Shown: positions 52,221 to 64,000 of the stretch, one piece after another
How the letters are laid out: each line of letters starts with the position of its first letter
Position numbering within the stretch: position 1 is the stretch's first letter
Origin: Octopus vulgaris
Taxonomy: Eukaryota
Length of the DNA: 64,000 bases
NCBI GenBank assembly: GCA_951406725.2
Contig: OX597817.1
Coordinates: forward strand, 142,042,001-142,106,000
Direction: 5' to 3'
Program-made: the position numbers and the translations under genes
Notes under the pieces: generated by a model
Told to the model about the DNA's origin: nothing
Seen by the model: only the letters and a program-made list of their open reading frames with translations
Database searches by the model: none

Positions 52221-54463
52221 CTAGTTTCAGCTCACAAGCTGTGGCCATGCTGGGGCACCGCCATTTGGTGTTGCTACATGATTTTACTTCACGAATGCTT
52301 TTTAGCAATTGCCATTTGGTGCATGAGAGAGTTCGATGCAGCTGCCCTCATCTGCACCTCCTGCCGTGAAGTTGGTTCATCTGGGAGTTGGTTCATCCAG
52401 TTTCATTTTAAAGACATCTGCATCCACCCTATGCAGGTCTCTTAGGTTCTTCGGGAGGATATTGAAGAGCTGTGGGCCTCGGAAGCCCAGGCTATCACAG
52501 TATCTTGTCCTACATCTTGATGGCAAATTTAGAGCCCTTGGCACTATGCAGTGGCGCCCAGTTCTGGCATTTGTGTAACTCTCGATGCTAAAGTTTGGGA
52601 CAAGTCCTTCTAGGATCTTCCAGATGTATATTATGGCATATCTTTCTCGCCTACGCTCTAAGGAATAGAGTCTCAATCTCTTGAGCCTTTCCCAATAGCT
52701 TGTATGCTGCACAGAGGCTATCTTCTTCATGTAGCTTCGTTGGATCGCCTCAAGTTCTGTGATTAACTTGACACTGGATGGTGACCATAGCTGAGAGCAA
52801 TAGTCAAAGTGGCTTAGGACAAGTGTCCTCCAGAGGACCATCATGGTTTCCTGGTCTCTTGTTCTGAAGGTTCTAAGAATCCATCCGGTCAGCCGCCTAC
52901 ATTTCATTGCCAATTTAGCAACATGCACATGAAAGGTTGCATCATCACTCATGTAAATACCCAGGTCTCGCACTGATTGTGCCTCTGGGATTGCAGTCCC
53001 TCCAGGTCCAGTGTATTTATTGGGTATTGCATTTAGTTTTGCGTGCTGATAGTATAGAGCTTGAAACTTTTCAGCATTGAACTGCATGCTATTCTTTTCA
53101 GCCCACTTGTATATTTTGTCCAGCTCACATTGCAGGTGCTTAGTGTCTTCAGGGTTCTGTATTGCCTGTGAAACTTTTGTATCATCTGCATAACTTGTGA
53201 TCGTGGCTCTCTGCGTGGCTGAAGGCATGTCTGAGAGGGCCATTATGAACAGTAGTGGTCCCAAAACAGTGCCCTGCGGAACACCGCTCACTATTTGCTA
53301 CTACCACCTGAATACTATCCTTCAGAAAGTCATGAAGCCATTCTCCTAATTTTCCAACTATGCCAAGATCACGCAGTTTGTGACATAGCATTCCATGATC
53401 GACTTTATCAAAGGCCTTTGCAAAGTCGAGATATATCACTTCCACATTTGAGTGGTTGAGCAGTCGTTTCAGCACCCAGTCATAGTGTTATTGGAGCTGA
53501 GTTAAGCAGCTTCTTCCTGGTCGGAAACCATGTTGGGTGTCAGGCAGCAAGTCATTTTCTTCAAGGAAGGTGATTAGTTTCCTTCTGACTATTAGTTCCA
53601 TGACCTTGCTGATGTGTGAGGTCAGAGAGATAGGTCTGTAGTTATTGGCCTCCGCTCTGCTACCTCTTTTATGAATAGGGCATATTTTACGTTCCTTCAG
53701 TTTTCTTGGAAGTTTACCAGTTGCAAGGAAGCTCTGAAAGAGGAACTGCAGTTGGCTTGCTAGGACTCTCTTACATACATTTAGAAGGATTGCTGGGAAT
53801 CCATCTGGGCCAGTAGCTGAGTTTGTTTTCATTTCATTAATAGCCTTTATTACATCGTCTTCCTTTATATTGATGTAATCAATCATCGCTGCCTCCGATT
53901 TTATATCTGCAATGGTAAAGAAGTCAGTTGGATTGCTGACTTGAAAATGCCCTAGGGGTGGCGTGAAAATACTCTTGAATTGCTCATTTAGTATTTCCCT
54001 TACCCTCACTGGATTTCCTGTGAGTGTGCCATCCTTTTCAAGGAGTGGCCCTATCCTACAGTGCACCGTAGCTGTTTCTTTGGCATACCTGTAGAAAGCT
54101 CTGGGGTTAGATTTTATGTTGTCTATAGCCCAGGCTTCTTTGTCTGCTCTTTCTTTTTCATGGGAGAGTTGCAGACATTTTTCAATTTCCAACAGTTTTA
54201 TTTTCAGGCGGGACTTTTCACTGCTTTCAATTTGTTTGTTTAGGCGATTTGAAACTTTTGTACGCCGTCTCATTAGAATTTTCCTCTCTCTGGAGATTTT
54301 GCTCTTGTGTACAGTGGCCTTTCTCTCTGGGACAAATGTGTAGCATATGACTTGCATTACAGACATGAATTGTTGAAGTTTCATGTCGATGTCTGGCGAG
54401 GATAGACATTCAGGCCAGTTTTGTTTGAGGATCTCTTTCTCAATTTGTTTCCAGTTTGCCTTC
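52221..54463 (-). mobile_element. CR1/L2-group LINE, 5'-truncated, disrupted RT ORF2
   Basis: SATGPDGFP, NYRPISLTS, QHGFRPGRSC, YLDFAKAFDKV, GVPQGTVLGPLLF, SYADDTK, RDLGIYMS, SLERRRER across ORFs 53488-54384, 53182-53475, 52377-53291; stop and frameshift present. Confidence 0.95.
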
Positions 54464-54537
54464 TACATTTAGAAGATCTTATTTACAATTTATGTGTGTG
54501 TGTGTGTGTGTGTGTTACATAGGTTACACATAGATAC

Positions 54538-54684
54538 AAGCATGGTCATGTGGTAAGAAGTTTGTTTCCCAACCATGAGATGCTGGGATCAATCCCACTG
54601 CATACGCACTTGGGCATGTGTACTTTGTGTATCTTACCAAAGCTTTGTGTTTTTAGTTGGGGGAAACAGAAAGAAGTCTGTCGA

Positions 54685-54685
<1 letters not shown>
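54538..54685 (+). mobile_element. SINE family 1, degenerate 5' half
   Basis: gtggtaagaagtttgtttcccaacca...tcccactg. Confidence 0.65.
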
Positions 54686-54717
<32 letters not shown>

Positions 54718-54906
54718 GGTACTGTAAATTCAGGTTGAATACTTGATAAGTATAAGCACCTGTATATGCCAGATAGTGGCAGAGGTGAAGAGGGCTTTAA
54801 ACTATCTGTTATGTCGATTATACATTGATGTAAGAATAAGTTGTTTTATAAAGCTCGAAACATGTGTACCGCGATATCCTTTGTGTTCTGTTTTTTATTT
54901 CATATG

Positions 54907-54972
<66 letters not shown>

Positions 54973-55266
54973 GGAGAAAGAAAGAAAGAGAGGGGAGAGA
55001 GAGAGGTTATGAGAGGTAATGGTGTCAGAAAGACCCAAAGGTGTCAGCAATGCTGAGTAAGTGCTATGGACAGACTATAGTTAAGCTCCAGGTTCGGTGA
55101 TTATGCGAATGAGGAGTCCAACGTAGGTCATATATCAGCATGTGTATAAAAAAAATTAACAGAATGAGATAAAAATCCGAGGCTGTGAAAGACCTATTTA
55201 TAGATGTTCTGAAATCTTTCATAGCCTTGGATTTTTATCTCATTCTGTTAATTGTTATGTGTGTGC

Positions 55267-55314
<48 letters not shown>

Positions 55315-55445
55315 ATACGTGTGCAAGCGTATGTCTATCACTTGACAACCGGTCTTGGCTTGTTTATGTCCTCATGATATAGCGGTTTGGCAAGAGAAAC
55401 CGATAACGTACCAGGCTTTAAAAGTATGGTGAGTCGCTTTCTTCA

Positions 55446-55509
<64 letters not shown>

Positions 55510-55510
<1 letters not shown>

Positions 55511-55630
55511 CGTAAGCTCGAAACGTAAAAGACTTTCTCCTTTCCGAGCGTTAAACTAATACATCTGCTTATTGTTTACACACCCGTCGTCGTCTTTTCT
55601 TTGGTTAATTTTAAAAAATTCCAACTATAT
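55510..55630 (+). mobile_element. 3' half of hammerhead-bearing short element in (TA)n
   Basis: aagctcGAAACGTAaaagac... similar to the 47920-48040 region; CTGANGA half missing. Confidence 0.6.
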
Positions 55631-55640
55631 ATATAAATAT

Positions 55641-55691
<51 letters not shown>

Positions 55692-55694
<3 letters not shown>

Positions 55695-55894
55695 ATTCAA
55701 ACATGAAAACACAAAGAGAAAACACAACAACATGAGGACATGGAACAAGTATAGTGTTAGTGGACGCTCAGGAAAGGAAAGAAAGAAGGAGGATTTAACG
55801 TTTCGAGCGGAGCTCTTCGTCAGAAACATAGGAAAAGGAAAGGTCCAAGGAAGGAAATACGGAGGAAGAAAATCGCCAACGATACACACACGGT

Positions 55895-55895
<1 letters not shown>
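55692..55895 (-). mobile_element. ~205-bp ORF-less hammerhead-bearing element between (TA)n and (CA)n
   Basis: Homologous to 47826-48040. Confidence 0.8.
55793..55827 (-). ncRNA. Type I minimal hammerhead ribozyme
   Basis: Reverse complement GTTT-CTGACGA-A-GAGC(TCC)GCTC-GAAA-CG-TT-AAAT; perfect 4-bp stem II. Confidence 0.85.
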
Positions 55896-55929
<34 letters not shown>

Positions 55930-55965
55930 ACACTCACACTCACGCGCGCACACACACACACACAT

Positions 55966-55997
<32 letters not shown>

Positions 55998-56469
55998 GTA
56001 ACCTATGTCTAATATAACCTCACAGTCGTTCTGAAAATTCGCGAATCACGACAGTTGAAATTTATTATAAAATTGATCAGATAAGAGAAATAGGAAAATA
56101 TCTGTTTATTCCACTTATTGACAGTTGTTTTGTTATCTATTTTAGTTATATAAGAACTACACATTGTTTGTCAGGCATATATACATAAGTATACATATAA
56201 AAATACATATACACAAATAAATATAACGATGTTGTAACATAACGAACGTATTAAAGCATTAGTACTTTACATGACAACTTAAAACACTCGACTATTGTAA
56301 ATAACAAATAACTTCATTATATAGACACAGACAATATATGTATTCAGCAAACTTCACTTTTTTCAAATACTAGAAGTACCATATATGGGATGCAATTAAA
56401 TGAACGGGGACTAGGAATAAAAAGTGAATTCAAGAAAGGAATGCAGTAAATTCAAATAAAATATTGTAT

Positions 56470-56850
56470 AAAGGATTGTGCGCAAGGCCAAAACTATTCG
56501 AAGTAAATGCAAGGCAAATTCCTGGAAAAGAAATATATGAATTAATGTAGACTTACCTTGCAATAAATATTTCTGGTTTAGGAGCCCATTTTCAAGAAAA
56601 TGACGCATGTTGCCAGTGTGCGTGTGTGTGAGCGTGTGTGTGAGCGTGTGTGGAGAGGACATGCACGGAAAGATTTTGCTACTCTCCTCTATTGTGGATA
56701 TTTGGCTTACTTTGGTGTATGAGGATGGCCTCAAAGATTCTAAGGTTGCCCCAGTTCCACTGTGTTGCCCTGGTGCGCACTGTGAATTCCAGTGTGAGGC
56801 ATTCTCATAGATGTTTCTTCACAGAATGTCTGCCTGCATGCGTTCCTTTA
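56470..56850 (-). mobile_element. Penelope-like 3' end: GIY-YIG C-terminus + pLTR-like tail
   Basis: Manual translation KKHL*ECLTLEFTVRTRATQWNWGNLRIFEAILIHQSKPNIHNRGE* (LRIxEAILI..KP motif); downstream CTTGAAAATGG...CCAGAAA hammerhead-like relic. Confidence 0.65.
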
Positions 56851-57142
56851 TGAGTATATAATGTTTTTTTTTTTAATAAATTTATAGCTGTTTGCTTTCT
56901 AAAGATCTCGCTGACTTAAATGAATAAATCATATGATAAGAACAGAAAATTAAATAAATACATAAGTGAACAGAGTAAAAAGCATGGAGAAAACTGAAGA
57001 AAAAGCATAGTGCTTAGAGATCACAATAGAAGACCAAGTTTGTTAAAGACAATGCAATTGTTCTTAGGTGCATAACAGAACGTCCTAAACTGTAGGAATT
57101 ACACGATCCACTGGTCTTGAAACAGACGCAACTGTTTGCATT

Positions 57143-57207
<65 letters not shown>

Positions 57208-57449
57208 GAGTAGTTGAATGAATTATCTTATTATGGATAATTCGGTTAACCGATACCTGGGTAGCAAATTCACGTCAGAAAAACACGGTTGAAGCTACAT
57301 GCCTAGGGCAGAGATTACGTGGTATCGTGTGGAAATTTGTGTGTTTTTTAAAATACAAATAAATGAAAGAATATGTCGAAACATACGTCGAAAATAAAAT
57401 AAAGGAATTTTGTTAATTCGTCGTTCAACTCCATTCTTTCATTTATTTG

Positions 57450-57534
<85 letters not shown>

Positions 57535-57539
<5 letters not shown>

Positions 57540-57574
57540 GTACTATATTCATTTGAATCTAAATTTTGCTGAAC

Positions 57575-57606
<32 letters not shown>

Positions 57607-57646
57607 GTTCAGCAAAATTTAGATTCAAATGAATATAGTACTTAAT
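57535..57646. repeat. Perfect palindrome centred on (TA)n
   Basis: attaagtactatattcatttgaatctaaattttgctgaacg-(TA)n-cgttcagcaaaatttagattcaaatgaatatagtacttaat. Confidence 0.95.
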
Positions 57647-57779
57647 TTAGATGCACCAGAATTTTGTACGGTGTTATACGTATAAATCCATGGTGTGATT
57701 ATAATCAAAATAAGCAACAAGAACATCTTGGTTATTTGGTACGATCATTTCACCGAAGATATTCTTGTTGCTTACTTTG

Positions 57780-57830
<51 letters not shown>

Positions 57831-58119
57831 GGATTTGTGCGTGCGTGTGTCTCTGTGTGTGTGTCTATGGGCGCGCGAGTCCTTGTGTTTGTGTTTGTAT
57901 TAATCTCCAAGCAGCACTTGAAAGTCAATTTTCGTTTGTTTACATCTCCGAAATTCAGCGATTCGGTAAAAGGGAAGACGATAGAATATTTACCAGGCTA
58001 AAAAAAGCAAATACTGGAGTGAATTTTTCCACGGAATCTTTGAAGACGATGCTCAAGCATGGCCACTAAACGATGACTAAAAATTGAAACGAAAGCTAAG
58101 AGATATATATAGATGTATA

Positions 58120-58280
58120 CGCAGAAGTGGGTGTGTGGTAAGTAGATTGCTTACCATCCACGGTTCCGGGTTCATTCCCACTGCGTGGCACCTTGGGCAA
58201 GTGTCTTCTACTATATCCTCGGGCCGACCAAATCCTTGTGAGTGGAATTGGTAGACGGAATCTTAAAGAAGCCCGTCGTA

Positions 58281-58347
<67 letters not shown>

Positions 58348-58583
58348 TTGTGTGTATGTGTGTGTGTGTGTGTTTGTGTGTCTGTGTTTGTCCGCACAAC
58401 ATCGCTTGACAACCGATGCTGGTGTGTTTACGTCCCCGTAACTTAGCGGTTCGCCAAAAGAGGCGGATGGAATAAATACTAGGCTGACAAAGAATAAGTT
58501 CCGGGGTCGATTTGCTCGACTAAATGCGGCGCTCCAGCATGGCCGCAGTCAAATGACTGAAACAAGTAAAAGAGCAAAAGCGA
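58120..58583 (+). mobile_element. SINE family 1, full length (extra isolated tail at 58650-58712)
   Basis: Similarity to 3261-3711. Confidence 0.9.
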
Positions 58584-58611
58584 GTATGTATGTATATATT
58601 ATATATATGTG

Positions 58612-58653
<42 letters not shown>

Positions 58654-58710
58654 GGGGGTGCTCCAGCATGGCCGCAGTCAAATGACTGAAACAGGTAAAT
58701 GAGTAAATGA

Positions 58711-58757
<47 letters not shown>

Positions 58758-59762
58758 AAACTTATGTATATATATTCTTTTAGAGGTTTTAGTCGATTGA
58801 CTGCGACCAAGCCGGAGCACTACCTTGTTTTAGTCATTATTTATTGAGTACCATTATTATAAAATTGCTATATAAATATATTCATACACACAGTCATACA
58901 TATACACAGAGACGTATATATCATTACCATCATTATCGCCACGTCATATATATGTGTGTGTGTGTGAATACGTGCGTCAGTGTGTATGTGTACGTGTGTG
59001 AGTGTGCGTGTATGTATTTTTACATGTGTATATACTACATGTGTGTGTTCGTTTATTTGCTCTGCACACAGTTTATTTATATGTATGCTTTTGCCTCTCC
59101 CTCTCTCTCTTTCTCTATCTCTCTCACTCTCTCTTATTCTCACTCTCTCTCTCTCTTCTTTCCTTTTTTTGTGTATTTTCTTTCTCTTTCTAAACAAATG
59201 AGGATGGTTTGTTTTTGGCGGAAATTAGCAGAAGAACAAACAGAATATCTGAAATTACTCAGACTTAGATGACGAATACCTTGAACGAAATTAGTGAAGC
59301 GACTTGGAATTAAAAAAGAAAATATCATACAATAATAACACCAAAAAAAAACCCCTAACATACATTGAAGCGAAAAAGAAATTATATTCAAAGAGAAGAA
59401 AAGTATGACGAATAACCAGGATCTGTTGCTAACTCTTGTAGCGATAGGCTGGCGTTAAATAAAATATTTGACAGAAAGATATTTTTGAGAGATACCGTTT
59501 TTTAACAGTGGAGGTCTTTATTTATTTTAGATAAACATCGTAGCTTCACTGAATAAAAAGGACGTTTAAGTTACATAATTAAAAGTACGTGTATTTGCAT
59601 GTGTAGATGTGTGCGTGTGTGTTTCTGTGTTTCTGTGAGTATGTTTGTGAGTGTGTGTGTGTGTGTGCGTTTGTGCGATTGTGCGTTTGTGTGTGTGTGT
59701 GTTTGTGAGTGTGGGTGTGTGTGTCTCAGAGAAAGAAAGCGATAGAGAGAAAGTAATTTATG

Positions 59763-59793
<31 letters not shown>

Positions 59794-59922
59794 TTATCAA
59801 ATAATATATCTATACATCTATCTGTCTATCATCTACCTATATATATATATATATATATATATAAATACACACACACACATATATGTATATATACATACAT
59901 ACACACATACACAAACACACAA

Positions 59923-59990
<68 letters not shown>

Positions 59991-60034
59991 ATATATAGAG
60001 ATGCATATATATATGTATGTATATATATATATAT

Positions 60035-60130
<96 letters not shown>

Positions 60131-60215
60131 CGTAAAATATATGGGGTAGAGAGTTTTTAGAAATTTCACTACCTGTGTCTTAGCATGCATAAAAAACGTC
60201 AATAGACAACATATT

Positions 60216-60442
60216 CTCAATATAAAATAGTGTACATTTAAACACAAGAAACTACCCTTAGCAGGCTGCTTTACACGCTAGAAAAAGCAGTCAAAACGAC
60301 CAAAACCACATTTAAGAGAAATTTCGACAAGTTGTGGTGAAAAAGTATAGCAGGGTTCGTTCTGACTGCTTCTTCCAGCGTGTGAAGCTGCCTGTTAAAT
60401 GTAGTTTCTCTTGTGTTTACAGTTACACTATTTTAAATCGAG
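60216..60442. repeat. Imperfect inverted repeat (~85-bp arms)
   Basis: taaaatagtgta..aaacacaagaaactac..caggctgctttacacgctagaaaaagcagtcaaaacga vs tcgttctgactgcttcttccagcgtgtgaagctgcctg..gtagtttctcttgtgttt..tacactattttaa. Confidence 0.8.
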
Positions 60443-60451
60443 TATATATGC

Positions 60452-60520
<69 letters not shown>

Positions 60521-60554
60521 TAGACATATAAATAGATAGATATAGATATAGATT

Positions 60555-60655
<101 letters not shown>

Positions 60656-60689
60656 GGGTGTGTGTGATTGTGTATAGAAGAATATATTA

Positions 60690-61108
60690 ATAAAAAGAAT
60701 TCCAACCTTGTCTGATTTTCACGTTTATTTACAATCTTATAATGATATATTATAAGATAATATATTATAATTGAATAAAATAAAGTGAAATAGTAGAATG
60801 TTAAATATTCATTCTGATTGAACTAGTACTTTCATGCATTGAATTCTGCAATCTTCGGGTTCATGTAGTAGTGTTGACAGTCATGCTTCACAATTTTTGA
60901 CAGTCAAAAATTGTGAAGCATGACTGTCAACACTACTACATGAACCCGAAGATTGCAGAATTCAATGCATGAAAGTACTAGTTCAATCAGAATGAATATT
61001 TAACATTCTACTATTTCATTTTATTTTATTCAATTATAATATATTATCTTATAATATATCATTATAAGATTGTAAATAAAACGTGAAAATCAGACAAGGT
61101 TGGAATTC

Positions 61109-61115
<7 letters not shown>
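60690..61115. repeat. ~426-bp near-perfect palindrome with 1-nt centre (60902)
   Basis: Arms ~212 bp; one substitution and one 1-nt indel seen; centre tttttgac-a-gtcaaaaa. Confidence 0.95.
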
Positions 61116-61149
<34 letters not shown>

Positions 61150-61657
61150 ATATATATATGTATGTATATCTATGCATGTATTTACACACACAAACACACG
61201 CACACACACACACATATATATATATATGATATATGTGCGTGTGTATATCTACATGTACGCCTACATGTGTGCACATATAAATACGTAGACTGAATAGAAG
61301 GCGTTTATTTTTTATGATTAAACGTATGCGTTCGTCTGAGTGTGGTGGGGTGAGAGCGAACATGCGGGCCGTGCGCTTGGGAATGTATGTACGCGCTCGC
61401 CGCAGTATATTTCATACTACGAAGTGACTGAAGAGCGATGTGCGTCCGTATGGGAAGGTGTAATTATGAGTTCACCTTCCACGAATTGACTAAGCATACA
61501 GAATCAGGTGACTAAGAAATGCATATCAGCAAGTTATGAGTGAATATATTTTGTTAATGTTCTTAAATACAAAAGACAAAAATTAAGGAATATATTCAAA
61601 CACCTGTATCTGTCTATCAATCTTTCTATCTATCTTTCTATCTATAGATAGATAGAC

Positions 61658-61777
<120 letters not shown>

Positions 61778-61829
61778 TGATTGATAGATAGATAGAAAGA
61801 TAGGTACACATATATAGGTATATAAGCGT

Positions 61830-62054
61830 GCAACTCCGTCGGTTACGACGGCGATGGTCCCAGGTGATGCGATCAACGGAACAGCCTGCTTCTGAAATTT
61901 ACATGAAAGTGGCTGAGCACTCTGCAGACACTTGTACCCTTAACGTAGTTCTGGGGGAGATTAGGTGTTTTCGCTCAATCAACACACACAACGCCCGGTC
62001 TGGGAAGCGAAACTGCAATTCTACGCCCGCGAGTCCGCAGCCCTAACCAATGGG

Positions 62055-62056
<2 letters not shown>
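61830..62056 (-). mobile_element. tRNA-derived SINE with RTE-like tail, internally deleted
   Basis: Tail as at 8111 and 43150; head as at 42868 and 45625. Confidence 0.8.
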
Positions 62057-62101
<45 letters not shown>

Positions 62102-62230
62102 TTATATACACACACACACATAGACACACACACATACATACACATACGCACGCACGTATACAAACATTCGTTTTATTTCACTTTTATCATATTTTATTCA
62201 TTATGTAATTTACTGTTATATACTATAACA

Positions 62231-62278
<48 letters not shown>

Positions 62279-64000
62279 GGAATTAAAAATAAGAGTAATA
62301 ATTCTAACACATGCGTGCACATACACATACAGATATACACTTAATAATATTCTTAGTCTCCTGGAGAATTCAAACAGATCATAATGTAATTCTTGTATTG
62401 TGGTTTTTCATACCCTGAATATTTCCCACGCAAGGTACTTTGAAATGACCGATTATATATTTATATATGTTTTGTAGCTTAAACTAGATGCGAAATGGAA
62501 CAATTGTAGGTGAAGATGATAACTAACAGATTAATTTGTATCTCTCCGTTTTCAAACTTCATAATCATATATATATGTATATATAAATATATATATATAT
62601 ATACTATATATATATATATATATATATATTATTTATTAAACATCCGTTGACCGAATTCTTATAATACTGACTATCGAGATTTTATATTGCACGTTCGGCC
62701 ATCAATTAGATTCTTCGGCGCTTATGGTATATATCACTCTTACACTACGCTGCTGCTGGCATCTACGCTACCAATATATATCTGGGATAGCGTGTCTGTC
62801 TCACATGTCATTATCACGACACATCTGTATCAGGAAAACGCTTCATTCACCATGACAGGACGAAATATTATCCATAGAGTACTGCTTCTAGGCTGTATAC
62901 ATTCCTTCCACCAGTTCGTGAGCTGATCCTGGCCAATCAACTTATTGCTTAATATTTCTGGCTTTCCAAGAAGTGGAAAAAGCGAGAACTTCGGGAGCAC
63001 GTCGGCCAAGGGAAAAACCTCGTCCCAGTAAATACGGAGGTGCCCGAAGCGTGGCTCATCAGTGTGAGGGGGTATTGTGACCTCCATCCGCAAACTACAG
63101 CATCTCCTCAAAATAAAGGATGCATATTGGTCAGGCGAATCAAGTGACCAAAAACTTAAAAATGCCGCTGGGTCTATCAATCAGATCTTCGCATCTCTAT
63201 CTATGTGAACGATGAACAGGTATCATCCGTTTTTGAGATATGCAAGGACCTCTCTGCCGGGCAGTAAAGTGGATCAAAAATAGGCCATGAAGGGCGTAAT
63301 GGCACACGCGATATTCGCGTTCTTTCCAACAATACTCCTGGGTGAGCTAAGTGATTAACACAACCAGTATTCTATAGGTATATATATGCGGCGGCAACTC
63401 CGGACGACCTGACGTCGACGCCTGACCCGCCTGTTCTAACGGTTTCACTATTTCTGAGACACCTTGGCATTGTACCGTAAGTCGATTACTATTTATCTAC
63501 AGAAAGTATTGCTACCCCACACGCCCGAAGGGAAGCAACGAAATTCTGCACGCCCGCGTGTCCAACAATTATATTGCTATATCATGCTGTAATTATATAT
63601 ATATATATGGATATATATATATATATATATATATTATACACAAAGGATAGATATATATATGTATATATCGAAAAGAATGTTGAAGTGGACGCCAAAGGAC
63701 TGAGACAAACAGTCGTTTCCTCTCTGGTTACGATTATCATCATCTTCAATGTACCACTGAAATAACAGTACGTATTTTTCATGCGTATTTTATGTTTTAA
63801 AAATTATGGGTGAATTAAAATATAGAGTTTATAATTCAAACACAGCATATAATGCGCCAAAATAAATGGCCAGAGGTTAGCTTAGTTGCAAAAAGAAACA
63901 AAAAGAAATATAATGACATGTGGTGTGGTTTTTCCGTTATTTCTTGTGCACAGGTACTGTGTATATGTATATATATATACTGTTTGTAGCTTATATGTAA

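Noticed and set aside
63035-63068. Minus-strand CTGATGA-GCC...GGC hammerhead-like start
   Set aside because: Not followed by GAAA or a stem III/NUH site.
63700-63760. Minus-strand TTGAAGA...GAAACGACTGTT motif
   Set aside because: Core C3 altered and stem II does not pair; at best a decayed relic.

Overview
AT-rich, microsatellite-saturated eukaryotic (animal) DNA. The SINE families and repeat landscape look like an octopus/cephalopod genome; this is an inference from recognised repeat types, not a database result. I find no convincing host protein-coding exon. Most listed ORFs are translations of (AAT)n, (TA)n, (CA)n, (GAT)n and (TTC)n tracts. The window is a graveyard of mobile elements: several tRNA-derived SINE families (about 25 copies or fragments), Dong/R4-like restriction-endonuclease LINE 3' ends stacked in (AAT)n arrays, a CR1/L2-group LINE, at least five Penelope-like (PLE) RT/GIY-YIG remnants, Tc1, mariner and DD37D DNA transposon relics, a hAT MITE and Helitron/Helentron-type elements. 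The most notable signal is non-coding. About ten hammerhead-ribozyme motifs from at least five unrelated sequence families occur on both strands. They sit in PLE terminal repeats and in short ORF-less units inside (TA)n. One PLE family carries a tRNA-like Pol III A/B-box head directly upstream of its hammerhead in two independent copies. Several long near-perfect palindromes and inverted-repeat units are also present.
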